DNA from: Nemertoderma westbladi
Taxonomy: Eukaryota; Animalia; Xenacoelomorpha
Assembly (NCBI GenBank): GCA_032718475.1
Contig: JAUCBJ010002701.1
Span: 6,047-70,046 of the forward strand
Direction: 5' to 3'
Length of the DNA stretch: 64,000 nt
Below, one piece after another: positions 21,201 to 30,000 of this stretch; the first letter of the stretch is position 1, and every line of letters begins with the position of its first letter. The translations under genes and the position numbers were made by a program. The notes under the pieces are model-generated. The model saw nothing but the letters and a program-made list of their open reading frames with translations, searched no databases and was not told the origin of the DNA.

Positions 21201-23675
21201 GTCCCTAAGGGTTGCGTCGTTCCGGGTTAACAAATGGTTTAGTTCCGCAGGGTTGTTAAGTCTGGTCCTTTCCCGGTGGTTCCAACTTACCTGCTCCGCG
21301 TCCGTCCTTCTTTCCTTATAGTTTCGGGACTTCTGACGTCTCATGTCTTCCTCTTCATCGCTTGACTCGGTGTCAGTCCTTAGCGCTCGCGATGGTTTGC
21401 GCGCCGAGGCCCTGATCCAAGCCTCCTCAATAAATTTCTCGGCCGAATTTTCGAAATTGGGATTATGGATATTCGGGACAGGCGTCCTTACCTGAGGTCT
21501 ATGTGGTATAGTCTCCTCCGATATGCGTACTCGTTGACTATGCTGGACTTTATCTAACTCAGGCCTGCTAGGATTAGAATTACTTCTTACCTGGGCTGCT
21601 TCCTTTAACCGTAGGTTGCTAAGCATGTCCGTTATAGGTTGGATGTGCGGCGATATAGCTTGCGCTAAACTAGCACTTAACTCATCCCTCGTAATAAATT
21701 CCTGGCTAGGGTTCTGTTGTATAGTCGGCTCTATCTGAGTAATCATCCGCTGTCTCTCATATGATCCCTCTTCCGGTTTAACCCGGAAGTTCTCCGTCGA
21801 ACTGGGTCGGCGCTCCGTCCGCGTATTCCAAACCCGCGGGTTCGGTTCGCCCAATACTCGGCCCGTTGGAGTCTCTTCTCTAAATTCTCCATTGTCGCGT
21901 TCGGTATACAGTGGTGCGGTGTTCCGATGACGTAGATCCTGGGCGATGGGTGAAGCACCAATACCAACTGGCGTGCGATATGTAGAGAACGGTTTAGCGA
22001 TCCGTGTACTCGTAATAGCTGGACCGGGTATAGGAATTCTGGTCGTCGTCGACTCGCGTATGGTCGGAGTTCTCGCTTCCTGTTCGGCCTTCTGCAGTGC
22101 GAACAGTTCTCGCAACTCGGTCCCTACACTCGCCCCACATTCTTCGATCATCCGCATCCCCTTCTCGGCGATTTCATTCGCCTTCCTAGTCCGTTCTTCG
22201 CTCTCTAAACTTAATCTCGCACTTTCCAACTGTGCCAGTTTACGTTCTTCTTCTTCCCTCGCTCGTCGTGCTGCGCTCTCTTCTTCCACTCGCGCCTTCT
22301 CTTCATATAATGCGCGTCTTCTTTTCTCGATCTCGAGTTCGCGTTCCTTGCGCTCGCGTTCGAGTTGAAGCTCGCGTTCCTTCTGTTCCCGCTCGAGTTC
22401 CTTGCGCTCGCGTTCGGCTTGAAGCTCGAGTTCCTTGCGCTCGCGTTCGGCTTGAAGCTCGCGCTCCTTGCGCTCGCGTTCGGCTTGAAGCTCGCGCTCC
22501 CTTTGCTCACGTTCCGCCCGTTCGCGCTTACTTATTTCTTCCAACTCTCGCAACTCCGCATCCAACTTTCGCGTGCGCTCGCGTTCCCGCTCGGCTTCCT
22601 TCCGTGCTTCCGATGCACGCAAAACTTCCGCCTGTTGTTCGTCCAGTCGGCGTCTTCTCTCCTCCGCCGAGTTGTGCGAAACAAGGGATCTAGCACATAT
22701 AACCTTACCTCGCGCGTGACTAACCTGGGAATCGCCGCTGTCTCTGGATGCGTCGTCGGGTGGAGTCAACGTCCTCTGTTGGATGTTCTCCGTCGTCGGT
22801 AGCACCTGGCCTGGTACCACCACTCCATTCTGCATCAGCCAGCTAGTAACTTCCCTTTGATACCGGCGCTCCTCTTTATCTTGGATCTCTTCTCGCTTCA
22901 CTAAGTCTCTCAACTCTGCGTCACTCACTTGAGTCGCCTGCGTTTGTGATGCCCATAGCAGCCAGTTCTCCGTCCTAACTCGTCGGAATCGCTCCGATAA
23001 CTCGCGGTGCTCCAACAAGGCTGCTAAAACCCTGTCGTAAATCCTCGTCGCCACGTCGCTCGACTGAGACTCTACTGCCTTCTTCGCTAGGACTGCAAGC
23101 TCCTCCGTCTGCTTGAATAACGCTGAGTTATATCCTCTTCTAATCTCTGCTAACTCTACCCTCCCGATGTTCGCTGAGTCGGCTAACATTTTCCTTACCT
23201 TGTCCGCCGTCCGGGTTATATGTCCGGCATGCGCGCGAAGTTTCTTCTTTATCGCAATATCAAGTTCTCTCTCGCTTACCTGACTTACACTTGGTGGACT
23301 TGAAGGATTATTTCGGGAACTACGGGTACTCCTTACAGCCGTCGGGACCACGGCACTTACCATACCCACAGGTCTGGAAACCGGGCTCCGGGCTCTCGCT
23401 TCTGCTACACTACCCTCCCTATCACTCACCTCTGTCCGGGCTGCCGTACAGTCCTTCCTTACAGTAGCGGTAGGGGATCCTAATACTATTACTTGAGGTT
23501 GTTCTTCTTCCTCACTAGTCACTGTCTCGTCCTCCTGTTCACTTACGTCAGCGTCACTCGCTGCGTCGTCATAGTCGGCATTGTCGTCAACAGTTATGTT
23601 TACGCTATCGTCAGTCGGCGGTCCAGCCGCCGTCTCGTAGCTGTCCTCTAGTGCCTCCTTGTCTGAGACACTCAT
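15300..23675 (-). CDS. BEL/Pao Gag-Pol polyprotein, 2791 aa
   Basis: Gag core (FMGNHKHWRTF..EKFNYL) and BEL-type triple Cys/His boxes ending CMECGRLHHKLLH; protease LDTAS; RT YLPHH/FYMDD; RNase H LFSDAS/PRAEL/WTD/NPAD; integrase HHCC, VDCFGP, SDKGTNF, GGSWERLV; C-terminal FWEYWREYYL. Confidence 0.98.
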   Translation of the reverse strand: MSVSDKEALEDSYETAAGPPTDDSVNITVDDNADYDDAASDADVSEQEDETVTSEEEEQPQVIVLGSPTATVRKDCTAARTEVSDREGSVAEARARSPVSRPVGMVSAVVPTAVRSTRSSRNNPSSPPSVSQVSERELDIAIKKKLRAHAGHITRTADKVRKMLADSANIGRVELAEIRRGYNSALFKQTEELAVLAKKAVESQSSDVATRIYDRVLAALLEHRELSERFRRVRTENWLLWASQTQATQVSDAELRDLVKREEIQDKEERRYQREVTSWLMQNGVVVPGQVLPTTENIQQRTLTPPDDASRDSGDSQVSHARGKVICARSLVSHNSAEERRRRLDEQQAEVLRASEARKEAERERERTRKLDAELRELEEISKRERAEREQRERELQAERERKERELQAERERKELELQAERERKELEREQKERELQLERERKERELEIEKRRRALYEEKARVEEESAARRAREEEERKLAQLESARLSLESEERTRKANEIAEKGMRMIEECGASVGTELRELFALQKAEQEARTPTIRESTTTRIPIPGPAITSTRIAKPFSTYRTPVGIGASPIAQDLRHRNTAPLYTERDNGEFREETPTGRVLGEPNPRVWNTRTERRPSSTENFRVKPEEGSYERQRMITQIEPTIQQNPSQEFITRDELSASLAQAISPHIQPITDMLSNLRLKEAAQVRSNSNPSRPELDKVQHSQRVRISEETIPHRPQVRTPVPNIHNPNFENSAEKFIEEAWIRASARKPSRALRTDTESSDEEEDMRRQKSRNYKERRTDAEQVSWNHRERTRLNNPAELNHLLTRNDATLRDIGKFAARQGLPTQQPQKFMGNHKHWRTFKTYVDEQLTNSTFTPNEKFNYLLQMHHREPRAIADNFVGNERAFELAMKTLSDIYGNKTKMAQSIVEDLGKGGRITTPLELLNLANAISNALDILRTVNLPHHGDHAEVLKSVIRRLNMRYRQKWRKLENKLESQGKVLTLQHIHDMIATDAVAEMKSNFSEENMRESKPVTGKSMVSFDDDRTTVTFNSVDRYNSSTPAFRSDSRVWSGERLDRPRLKQQELPDGFVGCQYCLLKEVRSDDHKLDSCRRFKELNSEQRRVQVRTLDTCWACLAPGHVRRQCPNSKDGCMECGRLHHKLLHADFHTPTDHYLQRNPHRKGSKEPVSIRRNTYTGIQDDGYQPGSSDEDGESSAREVTCQGFTADSSSTSARTYLSSATSEIFSVIPVKLTGDKGSKRIYVMLDTASTLSYIDEEVVRAVSSFQDAEEIQIELKSMHGVGDLKGHRISVELDSLLPRDQHTRQERKALPLDGFKCLAMKGFGRQLGKVPPMSPIAQEYFDKLRIPRHQVGYRNVSMLIGAEQLIAHQIWETRPAEPHVNGPHAHRTILGWYTRVPMSYEFTGGDKPMNRYDELQPITQPPLVEPPDIDEFRRTCIDHYSDFSESDEELIPDNVRLSEPLHNDRTDSEPEDYCYQTRGSGSAAHATYLTNVLTYTDIVEGQVAKYRDLDIFQYSEEELQKELIRQDLETGARTVEWLDRDAMEPGGYDLAMSTDEKRSLEMMEDTIRLLPTGHFEVGMLWRRQPPKLENNYNLALKRLNGVRARLLKNPDIREKYCAQINNYFAKGFAGKVEDPDLVTDQTYYLPHHYVTHPDKPDKVRVVNDCAAVYRGMSLNSELMDGPNLNNYLIGILLRFRQRRFAFTCDIEAMFHQVRACKADQDSLRFLWYENEDLSGPVVTYQMYVRIFGARDSPNGTLFVLKKTATAQIGKYPVEVIESILRNFYMDDGLVSKDTAEQAIEVAHGLQECLATGGFPLTKFTTNSEALLESFPVKDRGSGDIELGVEPIPMARVLGLAWNPNSDKFQVRVRFEPSSPDKVLTKRICLSTLSRLFDPMNFISPVILQARACMRKIWLSDLEWDEPISPIHAKQWREWEAELHLLKNIDVPRSYFPNQLVFPADLELHLFSDASDTGFGMVAYLRREVSQDKFETAFVTSRSKTMPVKYMTVPRAELQAAVVSVEVSKQITEELDTTLTLFYWTDASLVLVYIAADNIALKTFVANRRAQIVDFSTKEQWRHCPGVLNPADITSRGAMPAEFCQEESQEFWLHGPDFLTRTQEHWPERLKIVTNPMPEDAEVKVEKVSKSKSKAKLKSLERPEESLERPEESLERPEESLERPGDLSDQQTYVTTRSGRVSYDIKPPLQTRRQSQLVSDGQKMTDTMEPLVSKPAGLDSKLPLVSGQPSLALVSCSVYDKLLNSSASWLTICKRTAWLSRYILYLCLKHSEHLREPLSTNSERIRKLKQPLTEDEIDQAELKHLKHYQMCAFPKEFHLLSAQRPVLYKPLRKWSLLIHKGLICHRSRIQTVDINSQFRFPVIIPSHPIELQRAILWDIHKRLHHAGKLHCLSAARQRFILLQPIRAVGTMYDACLVCKRVNARVLEQEMAELPEARVQAYDPPFTNTGVDCFGPIEAKSGWLTHKRWGLLLTCMASRAIHIERVADMSTKSLLLALKRFMARRGLVKAFYSDKGTNFVGGNSELNAAHKAAQNKEISAALLPQRVEWRFNTPESPWRGGSWERLVRSVKQAIAKTLPVNKQLTDDELVTAFIEIEHTLNSRPIAMLPDGVALTPNHLLMQSPAFLVPASEPVSADLYSRKSWKVTQLVAYTFWEYWREYYLPTISTRTKWYKTVRSLQRGDYVLITEPIVKRKYWETGVILHTHPDVQNIVRTVTVKIRCKCPHPKKCKTNGLHTLDRPVQDIVLLEETRIETGDYNLSPVSKQN
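17110..17188. repeat. In-frame 21-bp tandem repeat (LERPEES x~4) in the RH-IN linker
   Basis: Tandem GGCCGCTCCAATGACTCTTCA. Confidence 0.9.
22335..22500. repeat. In-frame ~33-bp repeats (ERERKERELQA) in the Gag coiled coil
   Basis: Repeated CCTTGCGCTCGCGTTCGGCTTGAAGCTCG. Confidence 0.85.
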
Positions 23676-24858
23676 AGTCTAAATAATGTTTTGCTTTCCG
23701 GCAAAATATATCTCGCAAAGTTCGAGATATAATTATAATTTAACCGAAAATACGGTCAAATTATTTGTCTAATAATCAGTTAGTCCAAATGTCAAAATAA
23801 ATTCGCAATGCAATATTGTGAATTTAATGGGGTATATAGTTATAGCAAATACTAGCAGAATATTTAAACAAAAATATTATTATTTAGCTACTATATAGCA
23901 TTAAATACCGGTATGACACAAAATAACTTTGAATCTAATACAAAATATTCAAAATATACTTGCCGCCCGAATATTTCTAATTTCATATATATATAGCTCT
24001 AATCAACGTAATTTTAATTTCAAATATTATATGTATCCACTAGCGCGTGGCTACATCTTCGGGTTGCGACTCTCTCTAACTCTCTCTCTAACTTGAGCGA
24101 TTCAAAAAACCATGGCCGGCTAAACCTAAATATCCTAACTAATAAATTGAGTTCAGCTTCGCAGTTAAACAACCGATAATTTTTTACTGCTTCCACAAAC
24201 ACACTGGCGCCAACAGAACAACTAACCTTGTTTGCTGTGAGATTCCACATCCGCGTCCAAAGATTCAGGCCCTTCGCTGATTGCAAACCGAACCCGCAGA
24301 CCCACACGAACCCCAAACTCAGAAGTTCCGTCTTGCCATGTATCTCCAGATGGTATAAAATAACTAAGCGGTTACCTAACATACCGGTACAAAACTCTAG
24401 AATTTTACAAATAATTTTGACCGAAACTGAATTCTCGCAAACCTAGCTAATAATTTTCAAAAAACTTACTAATTACAGTTTGCCCTAAGGCCTAAGGAAC
24501 TGCTGTATTCGCAATTAGCAAAAACGCACTACCGTACATTCACTGTATGCAGTACAGTAAGTAAAACAGTACACCAACTTAACAGCCTAATGATACTGTG
24601 TGTGGTACGGCAAAACAAATGTCCCTTCTACCGTACGCAGTAACAGCAATCAGCCTAATGTACTACTGTACTATTGTACGCAGCCAGTGAATACAGTAAT
24701 CTAAACTAACAGCCTAAAAATACACTATGTGTTCTACCGTACGCTAGCCTATAGCCTACAGCAGACGATCACGTGCTCCAACTTATTACTTAATACTGTG
24801 ATACTACTAATCAGCCTAAGAATACTCTATTACTGTACGCTACAGCCTACAGCAACAA

Positions 24859-24870
24859 TGCGCGTATTAC
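24859..24870 (-). other. Non-tRNA primer-binding-site position (GTAATACGCGCA), complementary to an LTR 12-mer
   Basis: Directly follows the 5' LTR and lacks TGG; perfect inverted repeat with 25940-25951 (and 9211-9222). Confidence 0.6.
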
Positions 24871-27059
24871 TGATAAACAACCGCGACCTCTATACTAACA
24901 GCAGAACTGTTGAACAGACAAATACCCGTTAATATCCTTCTGTCAACCTAATAAGTTCTCGTCTAACCAATAAGACACAAAGACTGCTCTACTGTTAAGT
25001 AAAGGGGATCAGGAGCGTGCTATTACTAAATTGTAAGGGTTGCTAAATACAAAACCGCTACTTACCTTTGGATGGCGCTAATCTGCCGTCCGCTAATATA
25101 TTTTACTAAATTTACACAACTCCTGCAAAATCGCTTGTTCCTTTCTCTACCGATTGCTCGATAGAGAGCTAACTGTTCGAATCTATGAGCCACGCGGGAA
25201 TAACCAAAACAATAAACCCGAGTCGGCTCCCTAAGCTTACTTAAGACGAGTGCGAGAGGCCTTGCACTCAGAGTATTCTTACGCCTAATTCTATCACTAT
25301 TAAAACACGCTATTGTCTACGTCTTTTCTAATCGCGAATACTGGGGGTTCTCTAACGTAATGTGTGAATGCGAGAATATTTAAATAATCAAATGATACAG
25401 TAATTGTTTCTACGTGGATAGTACCGCTCTGGGTCTAAACTTGCCTGCCGCTGGCTTTAGGCCAGCAAATTACTAGCGTATTGTGCGTACCGAATAGTGC
25501 GATCTAGCTGATTGCCCGCTAATGCAAATAACCGCTCAGCGTGGATTGTTTACAGTACTCTAATTATTACCTTAGCTACTCTCCGCTATGCTGCGTACTA
25601 ATTCTTAATTTTTTACTAATCAATTACAGTCACAAATATTTAACAGCGTACTAATTACTAAGAGTTCCAGAATGCGTAATTCTAATTTATCACGCAACAG
25701 GTTTCACTAGTAATAGCCTAAATTGCCGTATTACTTTGACCTAATCAGTAACTAATTGTTGTAACTAAGAAATAGAAATCAATCAAAGAGAAAAGGGCGC
25801 CTACCTAAACATTCACAATCATAGGCACACTTCAGTAACACACCAATCAGCGTCAACAATCACAGTTCGCAATTATGCAGTTAACTACTGTATGGCCCAC
25901 AATTATGCGACTCACTATTCGTACTCCACACTCAACGTTGTAATACGCGCAGGCCTCTCCCGGATACATCTAGGTTTCCTAACTAACCCGATTCCTGCCC
26001 CCCTAATACTAAATAGAGACAAAACCTGGATCATCAGCCCCCTAGTTACTGTATCGGCGAATGGTCTGCGTGTTACAGTGCAATTGCCCGCCCACAACGG
26101 TGACTCCCCGCCAGCGTTGCCCGTCTTTGAATCCTCCGCTTTCCCTTAGTCGCTCAACCCCCCGATGTGCCCACCGCCCACTGGCACCTTAGCCCTCCAT
26201 TATGCTAATAGCTACCGTAGCGGCGCATGCAAATCACAAAGTCTGACAGTCTCAGAAATCCCTTAGGATTATTGCGCAGAAAGGAATCACATAGAACCAT
26301 TAATCAAAAGGTAGAAATCATAGTAATTAGCAGTAATCGAAGGAATTAATTGAGAAACACAATCAAGAGTAATCGCACTAGCAAATCATTTCAAGAAATT
26401 AATCAAAATTAGCAAAATTGCAGAAAATACGCTAAAATATCCGTCAAAAGTGAATAGAGACAGCTCAGCAAGTACAAAGGTGATAGCAGTAAGGCTCTAC
26501 CGGCACACCGCCAATTTATAGGTGATCCGGATGGGGTGATGCAATAGGGTGACGCAATCGCTCTCCTATTGGCTCTCCAGTCCGCGCTAGCATTAGACCA
26601 ACCTGGAAGCAGTTAGTCCAATAAGGAGGCCGGATTGTAGCCCTATTGCCTGCCCAAACCTCAAATTATTACCATATATGGTAATGGATCATGTCCCTGG
26701 CTGCTGAATGGCCAGGACAGCGTCCCTATATGCTAGCCCTATCGATGCTAATATCAGCAAGCACAAAATCCAGGGTCCGACTAAACTTGCTACCCTGGAA
26801 CTATCTACATATATCCTAATACAAAATTACGTAGGTAGGGCTACATACTATACAAAATGGATGGATTCAAAATATATGGGCGTTTCGATTTCCCTATCTA
26901 AATATCATTACGTTATTATGCCTTATCTAAATATTATGCTGCATAACGGACTAATATTACATACAGTATAACGGACTAATATTGTGTACAGTATAACGAC
27001 TAATATTGCATACTGCATAATGACTAATATATGTGGATACAGCGCCATATACCGTAACA
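24871..27059 (-). repeat. 5' LTR (2189 bp)
   Basis: Direct repeat of 8142-10339. Confidence 0.97.
26487..26625 (-). promoter_or_regulatory. Candidate LTR Pol II promoter
   Basis: TATAAAT at 26520-26514, Inr-like TTACT with A at 26490 (30 nt downstream), and CCAAT boxes near 26570 and 26620. Confidence 0.5.
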
Positions 27060-30000
27060 GATATATTTATATCCATTGCATCGATTTGATTTATATATAA
27101 ATGACGTGCATTGTCGTGTTTTGTCTTGCCTTGTCTAACTGCCTAGCCTCCTTTATTTGGGATGGATATATTTATATCCATTGCATCGATTTGATTTATA
27201 TATAAATGATGTGCATTGTCGTGTTTTGTCTTGCCTTGTCTAACTGCCTAGCCTCCTTTATTTTGGATGGATATATTTATATCCATTGCATCGATTTGAT
27301 TTATATATAAATGACGTGCATTGTCGTGTTTTGTCTTGCCTTGTCTAACTGCCTAGCCTCCTTTATTTGGGATGGATATATTTATATCCATTGCATCGAT
27401 TTGATTTATATATAAATGATGTGCATTGTCGTGTTTTGTCTTGCCTTGTCTAACTGCCTAGCCTCCTTTATTTGGGATGGATATATTTATATCCATTGCA
27501 TCGATTTGATTTATATATAAATGACGTGCATTGTCGTGTTTTGTCTAGCCTTGTTTAACTGCCTAGCCTTCTTTATTTGGGATGGATATATTTATATCCA
27601 TTGCATCGATTTGATTTATATATAAATGACGTGCATTGTCGTGTTTTGTCTAGCCTTGTTTAACTGCCTAGCCTTCTTTATTTGGGATGGATATATTTAT
27701 ATCCATTGCATCGATTTGATTTATATATAAATGACGTGCATTGTCGTGTTTTGTCTAGCCTTGTTTAACTGCCTAGCCTCCTTTATTTTGGATGGATATA
27801 TTTATATCCATTGCATCGATTTGATTTATGTATAAATGACGTGCATTGTCGTGTTTTGTCTTGCCTTGTTTAACTGCCTAGCCTCCTTTATTTGGGATGG
27901 ATATATTTATATCCATTGCATCGATTTGATTTATATATATAAATGACGTGCATTGTCGTGTTTTGTCTTGCCTTGTTTAACTGCCTAGCCTCCTTTATTT
28001 TGGATAGATATATTTATATCCATTGCATCGATTTGATTTATATATAAATGACGTGCATTGTCGTGTTTTGTCTTGCCTTGTCTAACTGCCTAGCCTCCTT
28101 TATTTGGGATGGATATATTTATATCCATTGCATCGATTTGATTTATATATAAATGACGTGCATTGTCGTGTTTTGTCTTGCCTTGTCTAACTACCTAGCC
28201 TCCTTTATTTGGGATGGATATATTTATATCCATTGCATCGATTTGATTTATATATAAATGACGTGCATTGTCATGTTTTGTCTAGCCTTGTCTAACTGCC
28301 TAGCCTCCTTTATTTGGGATGGATATATTTATATCCATTGCATCGATTTGATTTATATATAAATGACGTGCATTGTCGTGTTTTGTCTTGCCTTGTCTAA
28401 CTGCCTAGCCTCCTTTATTTGGGATGGATATATTTATATCCATTGCATCGATTTGATTTATGTATAAATGACGTGCATTGTCGTGTTTTGTCTTGCCTTG
28501 TTTAACTGCCTAGCCTCCTTTATTTTGGATGGATATATTTATATCCATTGCATCGATTTGATTTATATATAAATGACGTGCATTGTCGTGTTTTGTCTTG
28601 CCTTGTCTAACTGCCTAGCCTCCTTTATTTGGGATGGATATATTTATATCCATTGCATCGATTTGATTTATATATAAATGACGTGCATTGTCGTGTTTTG
28701 TCTTGCCTTGTCTAACTGCCTAGCCTCCTTTATTTGGGATGGATATATTTATATCCATTGCATCGATTTGATTTATATATAAATGACGTGCATTGTCGTG
28801 TTTTGTCTTGCCTTGTCTAACTGCCTAGCCTCCTTTATTTGGGATGGATATATTTATATCCATTGCATCGATTTGATTTATATATAAATGACGTGCATTG
28901 TCGTGTTTTGTCTTGCCTTGTCTAACTACCTAGCCTCCTTTATTTGGGATGGATATATTTATATCCATTGCATCGATTTGATTTATATATAAATGACGTG
29001 CATTGTCATGTTTTGTCTAGCCTTGTCTAACTGCCTAGCCTCCTTTATTTGGGATGGATATATTTATATCCATTGCATCGATTTGATTTATATATAAATG
29101 ACGTGCATTGTCGTGTTTTGTCTTGCCTTGTCTAACTGCCTAGCCTCCTTTATTTGGGATGGATATATTTATATCCATTGCATCGATTTGATTTATATAT
29201 AAATGACGTGCATTGTCGTGTTTTGTCTTGCCTTGTCTAACTGCCTAGCCTTCTTTATTTGGGATGGATATATTTATATCCATTGCATCGATTTGATTTA
29301 TGTATAAATGACGTGCATTGTCGTGTTTTGTCTAGCCTTGTTTAACTGCCTAGCCTTCTTTATTTGGGATGGATATATTTTTTCCATTGCATCGATTTGA
29401 TTTATATATAAATGACGTGCATTGTCGTGTTTTGTCTAGCCTTGTTTAACTGCCTAGCCTTCTTTATTTGGGATGGATATATTTTTTCCATTGCATCGAT
29501 TTGATTTATATATAAATGACGTGCATTGTCGTGTTTTGTCTTGCCTTGTCTAACTACCTAGCCTCCTTTATTTGGGATGGATATATTTATATCCATTGCA
29601 TCGATTTGATTTATATATAAATGACGTGCATTGTCGTGTTTTGTCTTGCCTTGTCTAATTGCCTAGCCTTCTTTATTTGGGATGGATATATTTATATCCA
29701 GTGCATCGATTTGATTTATATATAAATGACGTGCATTGTCGTGTTTTGTCTTGCCTTGTCTAACTACCTAGCCTCCTTTATTTGGGATGGATATATTTAT
29801 ATCCAGTGCATCGATTTGATTTATATATAAATGACGTGCATTGTCGTGTTTTGTCTTGCCTTGTTTAACTGCCTAGCCTCCTTTATTTGGGATGGATATA
29901 TTTATATCCATTGCATCGATTTGATTTATATATAAATGACGTGCATTGTCGTGTTTTGTCTTGCCTTGTCTAACTGCCTAGCCTCCTTTATTTGGGATGG

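Larger units (their letters stand above)
8142..27059 (-). mobile_element. Full-length BEL/Pao LTR retrotransposon with an additional ORF
   Basis: Paired LTRs with TG...CA termini (TGTTAC...TTATCA on the minus strand); 5-bp TSD GATAT at 8137-8141 and 27060-27064 with the satellite resuming in register; intact gag-PR-RT-RH-IN ORF. Confidence 0.98.

Noticed and set aside
15375-22802. Short + strand ORFs overlapping gag-pol
   Set aside because: Antisense shadows of a long coding sequence, with no independent motifs.
24288-24305. CCGAACCCGCAGACCC as a ninth hairpin copy
   Set aside because: Only one arm and the loop match; the stem cannot form.
24765-24782. TGGAGCACGTG (minus strand) as a tRNA PBS
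   Set aside because: About 90 nt from the LTR end, and I do not recognise a matching tRNA 3' end; a PBS must abut the LTR.
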